64,000 nt of DNA from Obrimoposthia wandeli (Eukaryota): the NCBI GenBank assembly GCA_977020255.1, contig CDROCS010005962.1, positions 1-64,000 on the forward strand, in the 5' to 3' direction. Positions within the stretch are counted from its first letter, which is position 1, and every line of letters begins with the position of its first letter. Position numbers and translations under genes: made by a program. The notes beneath the pieces were generated by a model. It did no database searches, was not told the origin of the DNA, and saw only the letters and a program-made list of their open reading frames with translations. Positions 18,801 through 28,290 of the stretch are shown here, piece by piece.

Positions 18801-20350
18801 ATTTGTTCTGCTCTGGTTTTTTCTTCGATTAAGTGTAATTCAATATTTTTTTTCTCTGTAATATCGAATCGAAAAGATACAAAACCACTAATTTCACCTT
18901 CGCTATCAAAGCGAGGATATAACGTACTATTGACCCAATAAAAACTACCATCTTTGGCTTTATTCTTAATTTCACCTATCCACACATCGCCTCGTTTAAT
19001 GGTATCCCATACACTTTTAAAAAACTTTTTAGGATGTTCGCCTGAGTTGAGTATTCGATGATCTTTGCCGATCAGCTCTTCAGAACTATATTGCGAAATA
19101 GCTTCAAAATTTTGGTTTACTCGAGTTATTCTGCCTCTGTTATCGGTTTCTGAAATTAAAGCCGTTGCGTCTAAGGCGTTTGTTAATTCTGCAAGTTCCT
19201 TATATTGGCGTTTCTGCTCTATATTCGCCTGTTCAGATCTTTTTGTTTCTTCAATTAAATTTAATTCAATATTTTTCTGTTTAGTAATATCGAATCGAAA
19301 AGATACAAAACCACTAATTTCACCTTCTGTATCAAAGCGAGGATATAACGTACTATTGACCCAATAATAACTACCATCTTTGGCTTTGTTTTTAATTTCG
19401 CCTATCCACACATCGCCTCGTTTAATGGTATCCCAGACATTTTTAAAGAACGCTTTAGGGTGTTCGCCTGAGTTTAGTATTCTATGATCTTTGCCAATAA
19501 GTTCTTCAGAACTATATTGCGAAATAGCTTCAAAATTTTGGTTTACTCGGGTTATTCTCCCTAGGCTGTCGGTTTCTGAAATTAAGGCGGTTGCATCTAG
19601 AGCATTGGTTAACTCTGCAAGTTCTTTATATTGACGTTTCTGTTCAAGGCTCGCTTGTTCGGATCTGCCTTTTTCTTCAAGTAAATTCAATTCAATATTT
19701 TTTTGTTGGGTAATATCAAATCGAAAAGACATAAAACCGCTAATTTCACCTTCGGTATCAAACCGAGGATATAACGTGGTATTAACCCAATAATAACTAC
19801 CATCTTTGGCTTTGTTTTTAATTTCACCTATCCAAACATCGCCTCGTTTAATAGTACCCCAGACATTTTTAAAGAACGCTTTAGGGTGTTCGCCTGAGTT
19901 TAGTATTCTATGATCTTTGCCAATAAGTTCCTCTGAACTGTATTGAGAAATAGCTTCAAAGTTTTGGTTTACTCGGGTTATTCTACCTTTATTATCCGTT
20001 TCTGAAATTAAGGCCGTTGTGTTAAGGGCGCTCATTAATTCATCAAAATCATTATATCGGCGCGTCTGTTTAAAAGTATCAGCTATTTTCGCTATGGCGA
20101 TACCTAGTTCGTCTTTGTTGCTACGAGGTTTTATATTGTTGATGTAATTACCTTCAGCGAGCAACTTAACGTGGTTAGTAATCTCTTTAAAGGAAGACTT
20201 AAGTTGAGTTATCAACAAAAAAGTTTGCTCAAATTCACTAACGTCTTTAGGAGTCTGCTTAATAGATAGATCACCAGATATTAGATCGCTAAGCGATTTA
20301 TTTATCCTTGTTATTAAGTCTGTTTCTTTTTTTAACATCGCGTTTTCCAT
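15887..20350 (-). CDS. Soluble hybrid histidine kinase (HAMP-3xPAS-HAMP-GAF-coiled coil-HisKA-HATPase-3xREC), C-terminus disrupted
   Basis: H-box ANMSHELRTPLN, DTGIG and GGTGLGL boxes, three REC Asp motifs, no TM segment. Confidence 0.9.
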   Translation of the reverse strand: MENAMLKKETDLITRINKSLSDLISGDLSIKQTPKDVSEFEQTFLLITQLKSSFKEITNHVKLLAEGNYINNIKPRSNKDELGIAIAKIADTFKQTRRYNDFDELMSALNTTALISETDNKGRITRVNQNFEAISQYSSEELIGKDHRILNSGEHPKAFFKNVWGTIKRGDVWIGEIKNKAKDGSYYWVNTTLYPRFDTEGEISGFMSFRFDITQQKNIELNLLEEKGRSEQASLEQKRQYKELAELTNALDATALISETDSLGRITRVNQNFEAISQYSSEELIGKDHRILNSGEHPKAFFKNVWDTIKRGDVWIGEIKNKAKDGSYYWVNSTLYPRFDTEGEISGFVSFRFDITKQKNIELNLIEETKRSEQANIEQKRQYKELAELTNALDATALISETDNRGRITRVNQNFEAISQYSSEELIGKDHRILNSGEHPKKFFKSVWDTIKRGDVWIGEIKNKAKDGSFYWVNSTLYPRFDSEGEISGFVSFRFDITEKKNIELHLIEEKTRAEQIIGVNTELVKTISAQANQISDGDFSAQIIPSSDDDILGIAMAKMTDTLRHLNIENKKQDWLKTGQNEVNAQMRGVLDETTLSRNIITYLAKYLGAQIGALYLKDTQSNDLILTGSYAFSKRKNLNERIQMGEGLVGQAAFEQEVISITNVPDNYTRIGSAIGDAVPRNVVVSPFMSDGILRGVIELGSFKEFSDTEMELLATIRETLSINFNAATSANEMKVLLEESQRQAEELENQSEELRASNEELEEKSESLAEQTEQLRFANDDLEIQKVEIIKKSEEVEKKAKELTISSKYKSEFLANMSHELRTPLNSMLLLSNSLSKNKEGNLTSKQVQSASIVHQGGQDLLVLINEILDLSKIEAGMMELEITPVAIANVAESMERNFSHMMKEKSLEFIINIDPSLPDIIYTDQKRFEQVLKNLLSNAIKFTEVGSICVNFNSLTTNNNASTSDLSPSNFLSISVTDTGIGITKDKQKMVFEAFQQAEGGTARKFGGTGLGLSISRELTKLLGGDIQLQSEVDKGSTFTFTILFDREKRGTQAELFSHRANMSTSNKSTTGSADIVEVEVIKQNTTFILPIDYHVEDDRGLILDQDNLSNSKKIMLVIEDDSMFAQILVSQGREQGFICIATSTGEEGLTLATQIQPDAIILDINLPGIDGWSVLNALKGNQKTRHIPIHIMSADDKNQNAENRGAIGFVSKPVTQDQLDKTLNKLINLSNKAVKDLLIIEDNESSQIAIKEMIGNGDVKITAALTADEGFKALLSENFDCVILDLNLQGMSGIEMLEKLALEKNLRIPPIIIYTGKDLSKEEHKQLHKYSNSIIIKGVDSEERLLDETALFLHRIIEKLPQNKQKIIHDLNDVEKVFKGKKILVVDDDIRNIFAISEILEEKGIEVLAAENGEVALALLNKNPLVDLVLMDIMMPVMDGYETTQKIRKQPQFTKLPIIALTAKAMKEDRDKCIAAGASDYY
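18800..20030 (-). repeat. Three tandem ~426-bp PAS-module repeats inside the kinase
   Basis: ACTCG(G/A)GTTATTCT recurs at 19119, 19545 and 19971, a period of 426 bp (142 aa). Confidence 0.9.
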
Positions 20351-20729
20351 TTATCATTTTAATTACTATCAACGTTGCGAATTGCAATGAGTTGAATAAC
20401 CACAGTAAAACAAGCTAGATCGACCAGGAAATAGTTCAATAGCCTTTTTGGCTGATTTTCAAGCAAGGCGAGGGGATTTCTGTAGCTTGAGGAAAGAGGC
20501 AAATAGTCCATTAGATGCTGTCCTTACGATCATGTAATGATCACCGTAAATAAACCTTTAATCTTATGTATGATTTTATTCTAGACCAAGTTTTAATTTA
20601 ATGTTAAATGAATACAGAAATTCAATATAGGATAAATATATGTAGGAGATATTGTATTGGTATATAGAGTAAATATAACCGCTAACGATGAACTGATTGG
20701 CATAAATACGGCCATGACATAGGCATTGC

Positions 20730-21254
20730 GGTATGGAAAGATGGCTCTACACCAACATTGGCCAAGGCGGCTAATCATGCGGCTAAAAAGTTAGCAGGTT
20801 ATAACGGTGTTGCTGTTGTTGATGATACGGCGTCACGTAAAGAAGTGTTATCAAAAATGGCGGTAACCGATGTGTGTGGGTTCGGTAATCGATTAGGCAA
20901 GCGCTTGAAGGTATTAGGTATAAAAAGCGCATGGGATTTGGCTAATCAGTCATCTAAGTCTATGCGTAGCCAGTTTAGTGTTTTAGGTGAACGCACGGTT
21001 AATGAACTCAACGGTATTGTTTGCTTAAATTGGAATGAGATTAAACGAACTAAAAAAGATATTTTTTCAACCAGAAGTTTTGGACAACGCGTTAACGATG
21101 TCCATTCACTAAAAACGGCATAAATAAACACTACGACAATAACACCTTACAATTAGCCGCGCAGGGTAGAGTTGAAAAGTGGCAAATGCGCCGTGAGTTT
21201 CTATCACCAAGCTTTACCAGTAAGTGGCGAGATATACCGAAGATCAGTTGTTAA
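20730..21254 (+). pseudogene. umuC: UmuC (DNA polymerase V) remnant, 5'-truncated and internally deleted
   Basis: TPTLAKAANHAAKK...FSTRSFG, then a frame change at 21120 into the C-terminus LAAQG..KWQMRREFLSP..W.DIP.ISC*. Confidence 0.8.
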
Positions 21255-21543
21255 TTACCAATCAAGCGTCATTAACCGAACGATATAAACTGAAAGCTGT
21301 CATCTGAGGGCTATTAATCAAAAGTTATTAACCAAAAACCATCCACCGAAAGCCGCTCATCAAAAGTCACCAGTCAAAAGACAGCCACTAAGTTACATCA
21401 TCTAAAAGCTAGGCATTGAAAGCTAGTTGTTAATAACTTGTGTTAATAGCCATGCTTAAAATTGCGCGCTAACAAAACTTGGTAGAATTAGCGATTAGTT
21501 AACTGTTAGTTTGTCATTAGCTAGTCATTCGTTAGTTAGACAC

Positions 21544-21587
21544 AAAAAAGCCACTTGAACAGTTATCTAAACTATTACTAAGTGGCT
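21544..21587 (-). terminator. Rho-independent terminator of tRNA-Pro
   Basis: AGCCACTT/AAGTGGCT stem followed by a T-run on the minus strand. Confidence 0.6.
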
Positions 21588-21605
21588 AATTTATAATACT
21601 AAATA

Positions 21606-21682
21606 TGGTCGGAGTAGCAAGATTCGAACTTGCGACCTCACGTCCCCCAGACGCACGCGCTACCAAGCTGCGCTATACCCCG
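21606..21682 (-). tRNA. proL: tRNA-Pro(GGG)
   Basis: 77 nt CGGGGTATAGCGCAGCTTGGTAGCGCG..CTGGGGG..GTTCGAATC..CGACCA; anticodon GGG; syntenic with yejM. Confidence 0.95.
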
Positions 21683-21781
21683 AATGATAAGCTTAATGGG
21701 GATAAAAGCTTACCTGCATTATATTAATGATTTATGGTAACAATGCAATTAAAAACAACATTATTACCGCTAAATGACTAA

Positions 21782-23491
21782 TTACTGTACATTATTCTCT
21801 TGTTTAGTGAATTGCTTGATAAAATGTACACCGTCAATCATCAAAGGAAAATCAGGTTGGGCGGTGATCGGCGCCGCAAGTTGTATTGAATAACTTTGAA
21901 AGTTACCGTTTTGATCAACAAACATTGATTTATCTTTGTTAAATACCACAATGCCATTATCCATGGTATTAGCAATAATACGGTCATTACTTAACTTTTT
22001 AATGTCGGTGCCGTTGCTATAGCTTTTGGCTTGAATATCACAGCCTAACCATTGTTTAATTAGCGTTGGCTGTACATCCATGTGGCTAGTTAATTTATCA
22101 ATCGCTCTGTTTTTACTTTCAGGTAAAACAAGCAGGGCTGGCTTCATAGATAAACTGGTGTCTAAGCTGCTATTACCGATAGAGCTGATCCAAAGAATAT
22201 CTTTGTTTTGCTGTTCTTCATGCTTTTTATTTTGCGCTGAAATTAAGGCATCTAAAAACAATTCAAATTGATAACTGTTATCGCCTTTAAAATAAAATAC
22301 ATGTAAACCAGGGGCATAATTATTAAGTTTATCGGCGAATATTAAACTAGAAATATCATTAAGCTTGGTCGTTGTTGGGAATAATTGCCCGGTAAGACTA
22401 AGCAAACTTTCGGTATTATTTACCGATGCTTCATTGCTATCTTTACCGACAATCGTGAATGATTTAGCTAAACTTTTCTGCGTCATTATTTGAAATAATA
22501 ATGGTTGAGCTTGTTGCTCAAGCAAAGTAGTTTTATAGATACTTGGTAGGCTATAAAACAAGTTAAACCAGGCTTCTTTTGGTAACGCGTTATCTACGTG
22601 ATTATCTAGCGAGAGCTTACCTAGCGTGATCCTATGCTTTATTTTATCTAATTGCTGTGTTTGTAGCGTTTGGTCAGTAAGTACCATGAAAACAGATTGC
22701 TTTATCACTGGTTCACTCGGGCATTGGCCTTGATAAAGTGGGTATGGCGGTACCGCATCAGTGAAAGCTAATGGGCTAGTACGACGCGCAATATAGTCGA
22801 CTTCATCGAACATGCCATATTTGGTTAATAAGGTTTTTGCCGTTGAAGGATAAGACAAAGGTAATACGGTGTCTTGGCGCAGTACGTCGTATTCTAAATT
22901 AGCGTCAGCCCAAATATGCACCATGTGACTAAAGAAGAAAAACGCTACTAATGGAATAACAATAAAACGTGCAAAAATAGTTTTTTGTAATTCTTTTAAA
23001 TGCTTCCAAGCATAATTTGAAGTGATAAGTTCAAAGGACAATATCACCAAGGTTAATACTAAACTGACAAACCAAAATGCTCGGCTATTTTGTTGAATTT
23101 CGTTGGTAATAAGTTCCAGTATCGGTGCACTGGATGAAATATTTAAGTGATAGCCCAAGCGGGTATAAATATAAGCGTCGAGTAACAAAAGTAATAACTC
23201 GGCGGTAAAAATGATTGAAGCGACGGCCCTAATAAAGCGGGTTCGAGGGAACAGTATGGTGATCGGAAATAGAATGAGTACAAAACTCATAAATGTTAAG
23301 AAAGCCATGTGGCTTAACCACGTAGTCACCAAGTAGGTTTTACCTAACAAGGTGTCGGGCATTGATTCACTTAATATGTAAATTGACGATAGTAAAATCG
23401 CCGCTAGAATATTGAAAAAAGTGAACCAGTGGCTCCAGCTAATTAACTGTAACAGGCGCTTACTGTAGGGTTTTGATTCAAATGAAACCAT
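21782..23491 (-). CDS. yejM: YejM/PbgA (DUF3413) inner membrane LPS regulator
   Basis: ISWSHWFTFFN, WLSHMAFLTF and PLSYPSTAK motifs; yejKLM-proL synteny. Confidence 0.88.
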   Translation of the reverse strand: MVSFESKPYSKRLLQLISWSHWFTFFNILAAILLSSIYILSESMPDTLLGKTYLVTTWLSHMAFLTFMSFVLILFPITILFPRTRFIRAVASIIFTAELLLLLLDAYIYTRLGYHLNISSSAPILELITNEIQQNSRAFWFVSLVLTLVILSFELITSNYAWKHLKELQKTIFARFIVIPLVAFFFFSHMVHIWADANLEYDVLRQDTVLPLSYPSTAKTLLTKYGMFDEVDYIARRTSPLAFTDAVPPYPLYQGQCPSEPVIKQSVFMVLTDQTLQTQQLDKIKHRITLGKLSLDNHVDNALPKEAWFNLFYSLPSIYKTTLLEQQAQPLLFQIMTQKSLAKSFTIVGKDSNEASVNNTESLLSLTGQLFPTTTKLNDISSLIFADKLNNYAPGLHVFYFKGDNSYQFELFLDALISAQNKKHEEQQNKDILWISSIGNSSLDTSLSMKPALLVLPESKNRAIDKLTSHMDVQPTLIKQWLGCDIQAKSYSNGTDIKKLSNDRIIANTMDNGIVVFNKDKSMFVDQNGNFQSYSIQLAAPITAQPDFPLMIDGVHFIKQFTKQENNVQ

Positions 23492-23535
23492 TGCGTCGTT
23501 AATTCTCTTATTATTGTTTAATTGTACTAATTATT

Positions 23536-23665
23536 TATACCCAAGCGCTTCAATATGCTTGTTTAACTTGAAGAAATAAACGATTTAGGCACGATATTGA
23601 TTGTAGGGAATGGTTTATCCCTTGTCAAAATCAATCACATGAATACCCAAGCCACTTCAATAGCT
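23536..23665. repeat. Two degenerate TATACCCAAG-family ends between yejL and yejM
   Basis: TATACCCAAGCGCTTCAA at 23536 and ATACCCAAGCCACTTCAA at 23643. Confidence 0.6.
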
Positions 23666-23891
23666 TAAACTCAGCTAAGGGCTCGGGGATATCAATCGTT
23701 TCATTCTACTTAAAGCATTTGAGTGATCAGCGCTTTATTGCAGCATTCAGTTAATAAGCTCTACATGAGTGTAGTTTATTCGAGTAACGCAATATCGTTA
23801 GCAAGAATAAGCATTATTAATTAACGCAGGATAAATCGTCCTTGATTGGCACGTTAAAATAAACATTTTGAATGCGCAGGGTATTTACGTT

Positions 23892-24122
23892 TTACTTAGA
23901 ATTTTTTATAGATTGTTTTAATGCGCCAGTAAAATTGTCTACTAAGGCTTCTTGTTGCTTTTTAGGCACATTATTTACAATAATTTCTGTTAGGGTATTT
24001 CCTAGGCACATTAGCGCTAGATCAGGGGTTGCAGACTCATTTACGAGTACATCATGCAAATCTTTAATAATTTTTTCTACACGTTCGTTGGAATACTTGG
24101 ATACAATAGGCATCTTAAACAC
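23892..24122 (-). CDS. yejL: YejL (UPF0352/DUF1414)
   Basis: [22 protein letters not shown] motif; synteny. Confidence 0.9.
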   Translation of the reverse strand: MFKMPIVSKYSNERVEKIIKDLHDVLVNESATPDLALMCLGNTLTEIIVNNVPKKQQEALVDNFTGALKQSIKNSK

Positions 24123-24192
24123 TTAATGGTAATTTAATAAACAAATGACAAGTTTATCAAATGCCCGAACAATATAATACTGACCTTTATCT

Positions 24193-25293
24193 ATGAGCTT
24201 AATAATTTCGAACATTGCACTGCATTTTTTATCAAAAAAAGAAGAAACTGGTGAAGTTTTACTCAGGTTAGGTCCTGAGGACGTTGCCGCTAGCAGCAAA
24301 ATTGAAAGTTTTGTTGATGCACTTCATAAAATTTATAACAGCAAAGGCAGTAAAGCATACGGACATTTCTCGTCGATGCCTGCTGCAGGTGATAGTGCCC
24401 GTTTTGTTGATATTATGGAGAGCTATTTAGGTGATGCACAAACTTTTCATCAATTTAGTAGCCAAGCCGGTAATTTACTTAAAAATGAATTAGAAAAATA
24501 TGACTTAGCAGAAACCGGCTATTTAATTATTTGTCACTATGAATATATGGGCGGCCGTTATTTGTTAGCGGCGGTGATCCCTATTTCTGAGCATTACTCA
24601 GTCGATGGTGAATTAAATATTTCAGCGGATCAGCATTTAGATACCAATAAACTGCAATTAGCGGCGCGTATTGATTTATTCGATTATCAAAACAATGCCG
24701 AAGGTAATCGTTATATTTCGTTTATAAAAGGTCGCGCGGGTCGTAAAGTGTCTGACTTTTTCTTAGATTTTTTAAGCTGCGAAGAAGGTTTAAACTCGAA
24801 AGAGCAAACACAAACCTTGGTACAAGCGGTTGAAGACTATGTTGCTGTAAATCAGTTTGACGCGAATGAAAAACAACAAACGCGTAAAGAACTTTTAAGT
24901 TACTGCAAAGAGCAAAAAGAGGCAGCCCAAGATGTTTCATTGCAAGAAATAGGCAATGTCATTAAAACAGAAGAAAGTAACCAAGACTTCTACAAATTTT
25001 GCCAAGAGCAATCATACCCAATTGAAGAGTCTTTCCCGCATGATCAAGCGGTAGTGAATAAAGTCACTAAGTACGCAGGTTACGGTAATGGCATTAGTTT
25101 AAGCTTTGAACGTAGTCATTTTGGCCAAGATGTTGTTTATAATCCGGCCAATGAAAGTATTACTATCTTTAAAGTGCCACCAAACTTAAAAGAGCAATTA
25201 TTTGCGTTATTAGAAAATGATCGCAAGCAAAACGAACAAAAAATCAGTGCTTCATTAGACAATACTGATAGCGCAGACGAAAATGAATTCTAA
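24193..25293 (+). CDS. yejK: Nucleoid-associated protein YejK
   Basis: HLD..KLQLAARIDL and YISFIKGRAGRKVSDFFLDFL motifs. Confidence 0.92.
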   Translation: MSLIISNIALHFLSKKEETGEVLLRLGPEDVAASSKIESFVDALHKIYNSKGSKAYGHFSSMPAAGDSARFVDIMESYLGDAQTFHQFSSQAGNLLKNELEKYDLAETGYLIICHYEYMGGRYLLAAVIPISEHYSVDGELNISADQHLDTNKLQLAARIDLFDYQNNAEGNRYISFIKGRAGRKVSDFFLDFLSCEEGLNSKEQTQTLVQAVEDYVAVNQFDANEKQQTRKELLSYCKEQKEAAQDVSLQEIGNVIKTEESNQDFYKFCQEQSYPIEESFPHDQAVVNKVTKYAGYGNGISLSFERSHFGQDVVYNPANESITIFKVPPNLKEQLFALLENDRKQNEQKISASLDNTDSADENEF

Positions 25294-25404
25294 AGCTTAG
25301 TTCGCATATCTAGCCACTATATATTCGCATGAATGTGCACTATATAATTGATGAAAGTAAGCTAAACAGCAATAGAAAATGAACAGATTTACATAGGAAT
25401 AAAA

Positions 25405-26436
25405 ATGACAACATTAACGATTACTCGTCCTGACGATTGGCATGTACATTTGCGTGATGGCGCTGCCTTAAACACCACGGTAGCTGATATTAGCCGTTAC
25501 TTTGGCCGCGCTATTATTATGCCAAACCTTGTACCACCAGTGACCAATGCTGAATTGGCTGTGCAATACCATCAACGTATTATGGCGGCACAGCCAAGCG
25601 CACAATTTCAGCCGTTAATGGTGTTGTATTTGACCGATCAAACCACCGCTGAAGACATAAAAGCAGCAAAAGCATCGGGTATTGTTTACGCCGCGAAGCT
25701 TTATCCGGCAGGTGCAACCACAAACTCTTCATCGGGCGTAACCAGTGTTGATAACATTGCTGCTGTGTTGGCCGCGATGGAAGAAGTGAATATGCCGTTG
25801 TTAGTGCATGGTGAAGTGACCGATCATGATATTGATATTTTCGATCGTGAAGCGGTCTTTATCGACACCATCTTGCGCCCGTTAGTGGCAAAGTACCCAA
25901 CATTAAAAATAGTGCTAGAGCATATCACGACTAAAGATGCGGTTGATTTTGTTAAAGCAGCTGGCGACAACGTAGCGGCTACGATCACAGTTCATCATTT
26001 ATTATTTAACCGTAACCACATGTTAGTGGGCGGTATTCGTCCGCATTATTATTGTTTGCCGATTTTAAAACGTAATATTCATCAGCATGCCTTAGTAGAA
26101 GCGGCAACCAGCGGTAGCGAGAAATTTTTCTTAGGCACTGATTCTGCGCCACATCCACAGCACGCAAAAGAGTCTGCTTGTGGCTGCGCCGGTGCTTACA
26201 CGGCACATGCGGCTATCGAGTTATATGCGGAAGCATTTGAAGCGGCTAACGCGCTTGATAAACTTGAAGGTTTCGCAAGCTTACATGGTCCTAAATTTTA
26301 TAATTTACCGGTAAACAGCGACAAAATAACTTTAGAGAAAGCACCATGGGCAGTACCAGCAACCATGGCATTTGGTGATGACGTTGTTGTACCCATTCGA
26401 GCCAATGAAACCATTGCTTGGCAAGTTAAGGCGTAG
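25405..26436 (+). CDS. pyrC: Dihydroorotase (class II)
   Basis: [26 protein letters not shown] and FLGTDSAPH motifs. Confidence 0.97.
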   Translation: MTTLTITRPDDWHVHLRDGAALNTTVADISRYFGRAIIMPNLVPPVTNAELAVQYHQRIMAAQPSAQFQPLMVLYLTDQTTAEDIKAAKASGIVYAAKLYPAGATTNSSSGVTSVDNIAAVLAAMEEVNMPLLVHGEVTDHDIDIFDREAVFIDTILRPLVAKYPTLKIVLEHITTKDAVDFVKAAGDNVAATITVHHLLFNRNHMLVGGIRPHYYCLPILKRNIHQHALVEAATSGSEKFFLGTDSAPHPQHAKESACGCAGAYTAHAAIELYAEAFEAANALDKLEGFASLHGPKFYNLPVNSDKITLEKAPWAVPATMAFGDDVVVPIRANETIAWQVKA

Positions 26437-26447
26437 AGGAGATAAAA

Positions 26448-27329
26448 ATGCAGTTATTTGTAAATGATTTGACCGTAATCGACTTCTCTTATTGTTGTCC
26501 TGAGCGTGGTATTGTTGGCGAAAGTTGGATTGTTGACGTTCTACTCGACGGCAGTTTAAACGAAATGAGTATGGTGCTTGATTTTGCCGTGGTTAAAAAG
26601 CAAATTAAAGCCATTATTGATGACGCGGTTGACCATAAACTATTATTGCCGATGTTAGATGAGTCGATAACCGTTACTGACTCTGATGCTCGTGCAGACC
26701 ACGAATTTGTTGATTTCAGCTCCAAACAAGGTAATTACAATTTACAATCACCTTGCAGTGCCTTTGCCAAAATAACAGCAAAAGCAATTGATGTAGCCTC
26801 AGTGACCACGTATTTAACAAAGATCATTCTTGCGCAACTACCCAAAAATGTTCAAGGGCTAACACTGAATTTACGTCCAGAAAATATTGATGGTGCTTAT
26901 TATCACTATACCCATGGTTTGAAGCTGCATGATGGTAACTGTCAGCGAATTGCTCATGGACATCGCTCTAAAATACATCTGTATAAAAATGGCGAACGCA
27001 GTGCTGAGTTAGAAGCGGCTTGGAGCTTACGTTGGCAAGATATTTACATCGCCAGTGAAGTCGATCGTATTAGCGCTGCTGATATAGAATTGTCATCAGC
27101 AGCAAAAGCCAATATGACTAGCGAACAGCAGTTATTCTCTTACTATGCTCCACAAGGTCGTTTTGACATTGCCGTGCCAAGTAAAATTTTGGATGTGGTT
27201 GATTGTGATTCTACCGTTGAGCTTTTAGCTGACTTTATTTTACGCCAGCTTAAACAAGCATCACCCAATGATGAATTTAAAGTCGTTGCTTTTGAAGGTG
27301 TTGCTAAAGGTGCGATTGCTAATGGTTAA
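26448..27329 (+). CDS. QueD/6-pyruvoyl-tetrahydropterin synthase-like protein, duplicated fold
   Basis: MVLDF..VKK..DHKLL in the first half; HGLKLHDGNCQRIAHGH and STVE in the second half. Confidence 0.75.
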   Translation: MQLFVNDLTVIDFSYCCPERGIVGESWIVDVLLDGSLNEMSMVLDFAVVKKQIKAIIDDAVDHKLLLPMLDESITVTDSDARADHEFVDFSSKQGNYNLQSPCSAFAKITAKAIDVASVTTYLTKIILAQLPKNVQGLTLNLRPENIDGAYYHYTHGLKLHDGNCQRIAHGHRSKIHLYKNGERSAELEAAWSLRWQDIYIASEVDRISAADIELSSAAKANMTSEQQLFSYYAPQGRFDIAVPSKILDVVDCDSTVELLADFILRQLKQASPNDEFKVVAFEGVAKGAIANG

Positions 27330-28194
27330 TAAATTTTCGTTATTGTTTACATTGCTCAAAAAAACAAGCTTATGTGCTGTTTTCAGTACCATGTTAAAGA
27401 TAGTGCTAACGACAGTGCTAATGACAGCCACAGTATCAGCACAAACATTGTTAACCGAGCAGTTTTTTCAAGGTGCATTAATTGTTGGTAAAACAGCGCC
27501 AACAAATAAAGTACTGCTAAATGGCAAAGCGATCAAAGTATCTGAAAATGGTGACTATGCGCTAGGCTTTAGCCGAGATGAAAAAAACAATAGCGAATTA
27601 ATCATTATTAGCCCAAATGGTGCAATTGAAAAGCGATTATTAAAACCATTAAAACGTGAATATAATATTCAACGCATTGAAGGTATCGCTAAAAAAATCA
27701 TGAACCCGAATAAAAAAGCCAATGTTCGGGTTGGGCAAGACAATAAAAAAATTGCCAAGGCTCGAAAAATTGATAGTGATTTAACCGCATTTGCTCAGGG
27801 CTTTATCGCACCCATTGAAGGAACTATTACCGGTGTTTACGGCAGCCAACGTTATTTCAATGGTGTGCCTAAGTGGCCACACTACGGCTTAGATTACGCC
27901 GGTAAAACGGGCGATCCAGTTAAAGCGCCTGCGGATGGTAAGGTACTAATGTTCGTACCAGACATGTTTTATTCTGGTGGCACCATGATCATCGACCATG
28001 GCCACGGCGTTAGCTCAACATTTTTACATTTGAGTGATTCTTATGTAAACGTAGGTGACAATGTTCACCAAGGACAGCGAGTAGCGGCTGTTGGCGCTAG
28101 CGGCAGGGCAACCGGACCTCATTTAGACTGGCGTATAAACTGGTTTACTATGCGATTAGACCCCGCACTGGTATTAAAACTTAAGCCTTTATAA
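27322..28194 (+). CDS. M23 family metallopeptidase
   Basis: HYGLD, DHGHG and GPHLDW motifs. The start is placed at the ATG overlapping the queD-like stop. Confidence 0.85.
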   Translation: MVNKFSLLFTLLKKTSLCAVFSTMLKIVLTTVLMTATVSAQTLLTEQFFQGALIVGKTAPTNKVLLNGKAIKVSENGDYALGFSRDEKNNSELIIISPNGAIEKRLLKPLKREYNIQRIEGIAKKIMNPNKKANVRVGQDNKKIAKARKIDSDLTAFAQGFIAPIEGTITGVYGSQRYFNGVPKWPHYGLDYAGKTGDPVKAPADGKVLMFVPDMFYSGGTMIIDHGHGVSSTFLHLSDSYVNVGDNVHQGQRVAAVGASGRATGPHLDWRINWFTMRLDPALVLKLKPL

Positions 28195-28223
28195 TAGCTT
28201 TATAGCAACTCAGCCTTTGAGAT

Positions 28224-28260
28224 AAACCGATAGCTTGTTGATACAGGTTGTCGGTTTTTT
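28224..28260 (+). terminator. Rho-independent terminator
   Basis: AACCGATAGCTTG/CAGGTTGTCGGTT stem (with G-U pairs) followed by a T-run. Confidence 0.55.
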
Positions 28261-28290
28261 ATTATTGTGTGACCAAGAGAAAATAATATT

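Noticed and set aside
20380-20600. Possible c-di-GMP riboswitch or leader peptide upstream of the kinase
   Set aside because: Only GGCAAA matches; the GEMM paired structure is absent.
11900-21606. Genomic island integrated at the tRNA-Pro 3' end
   Set aside because: I found no integrase and no duplicated tRNA 3' end, and a terminator sits directly after the tRNA.
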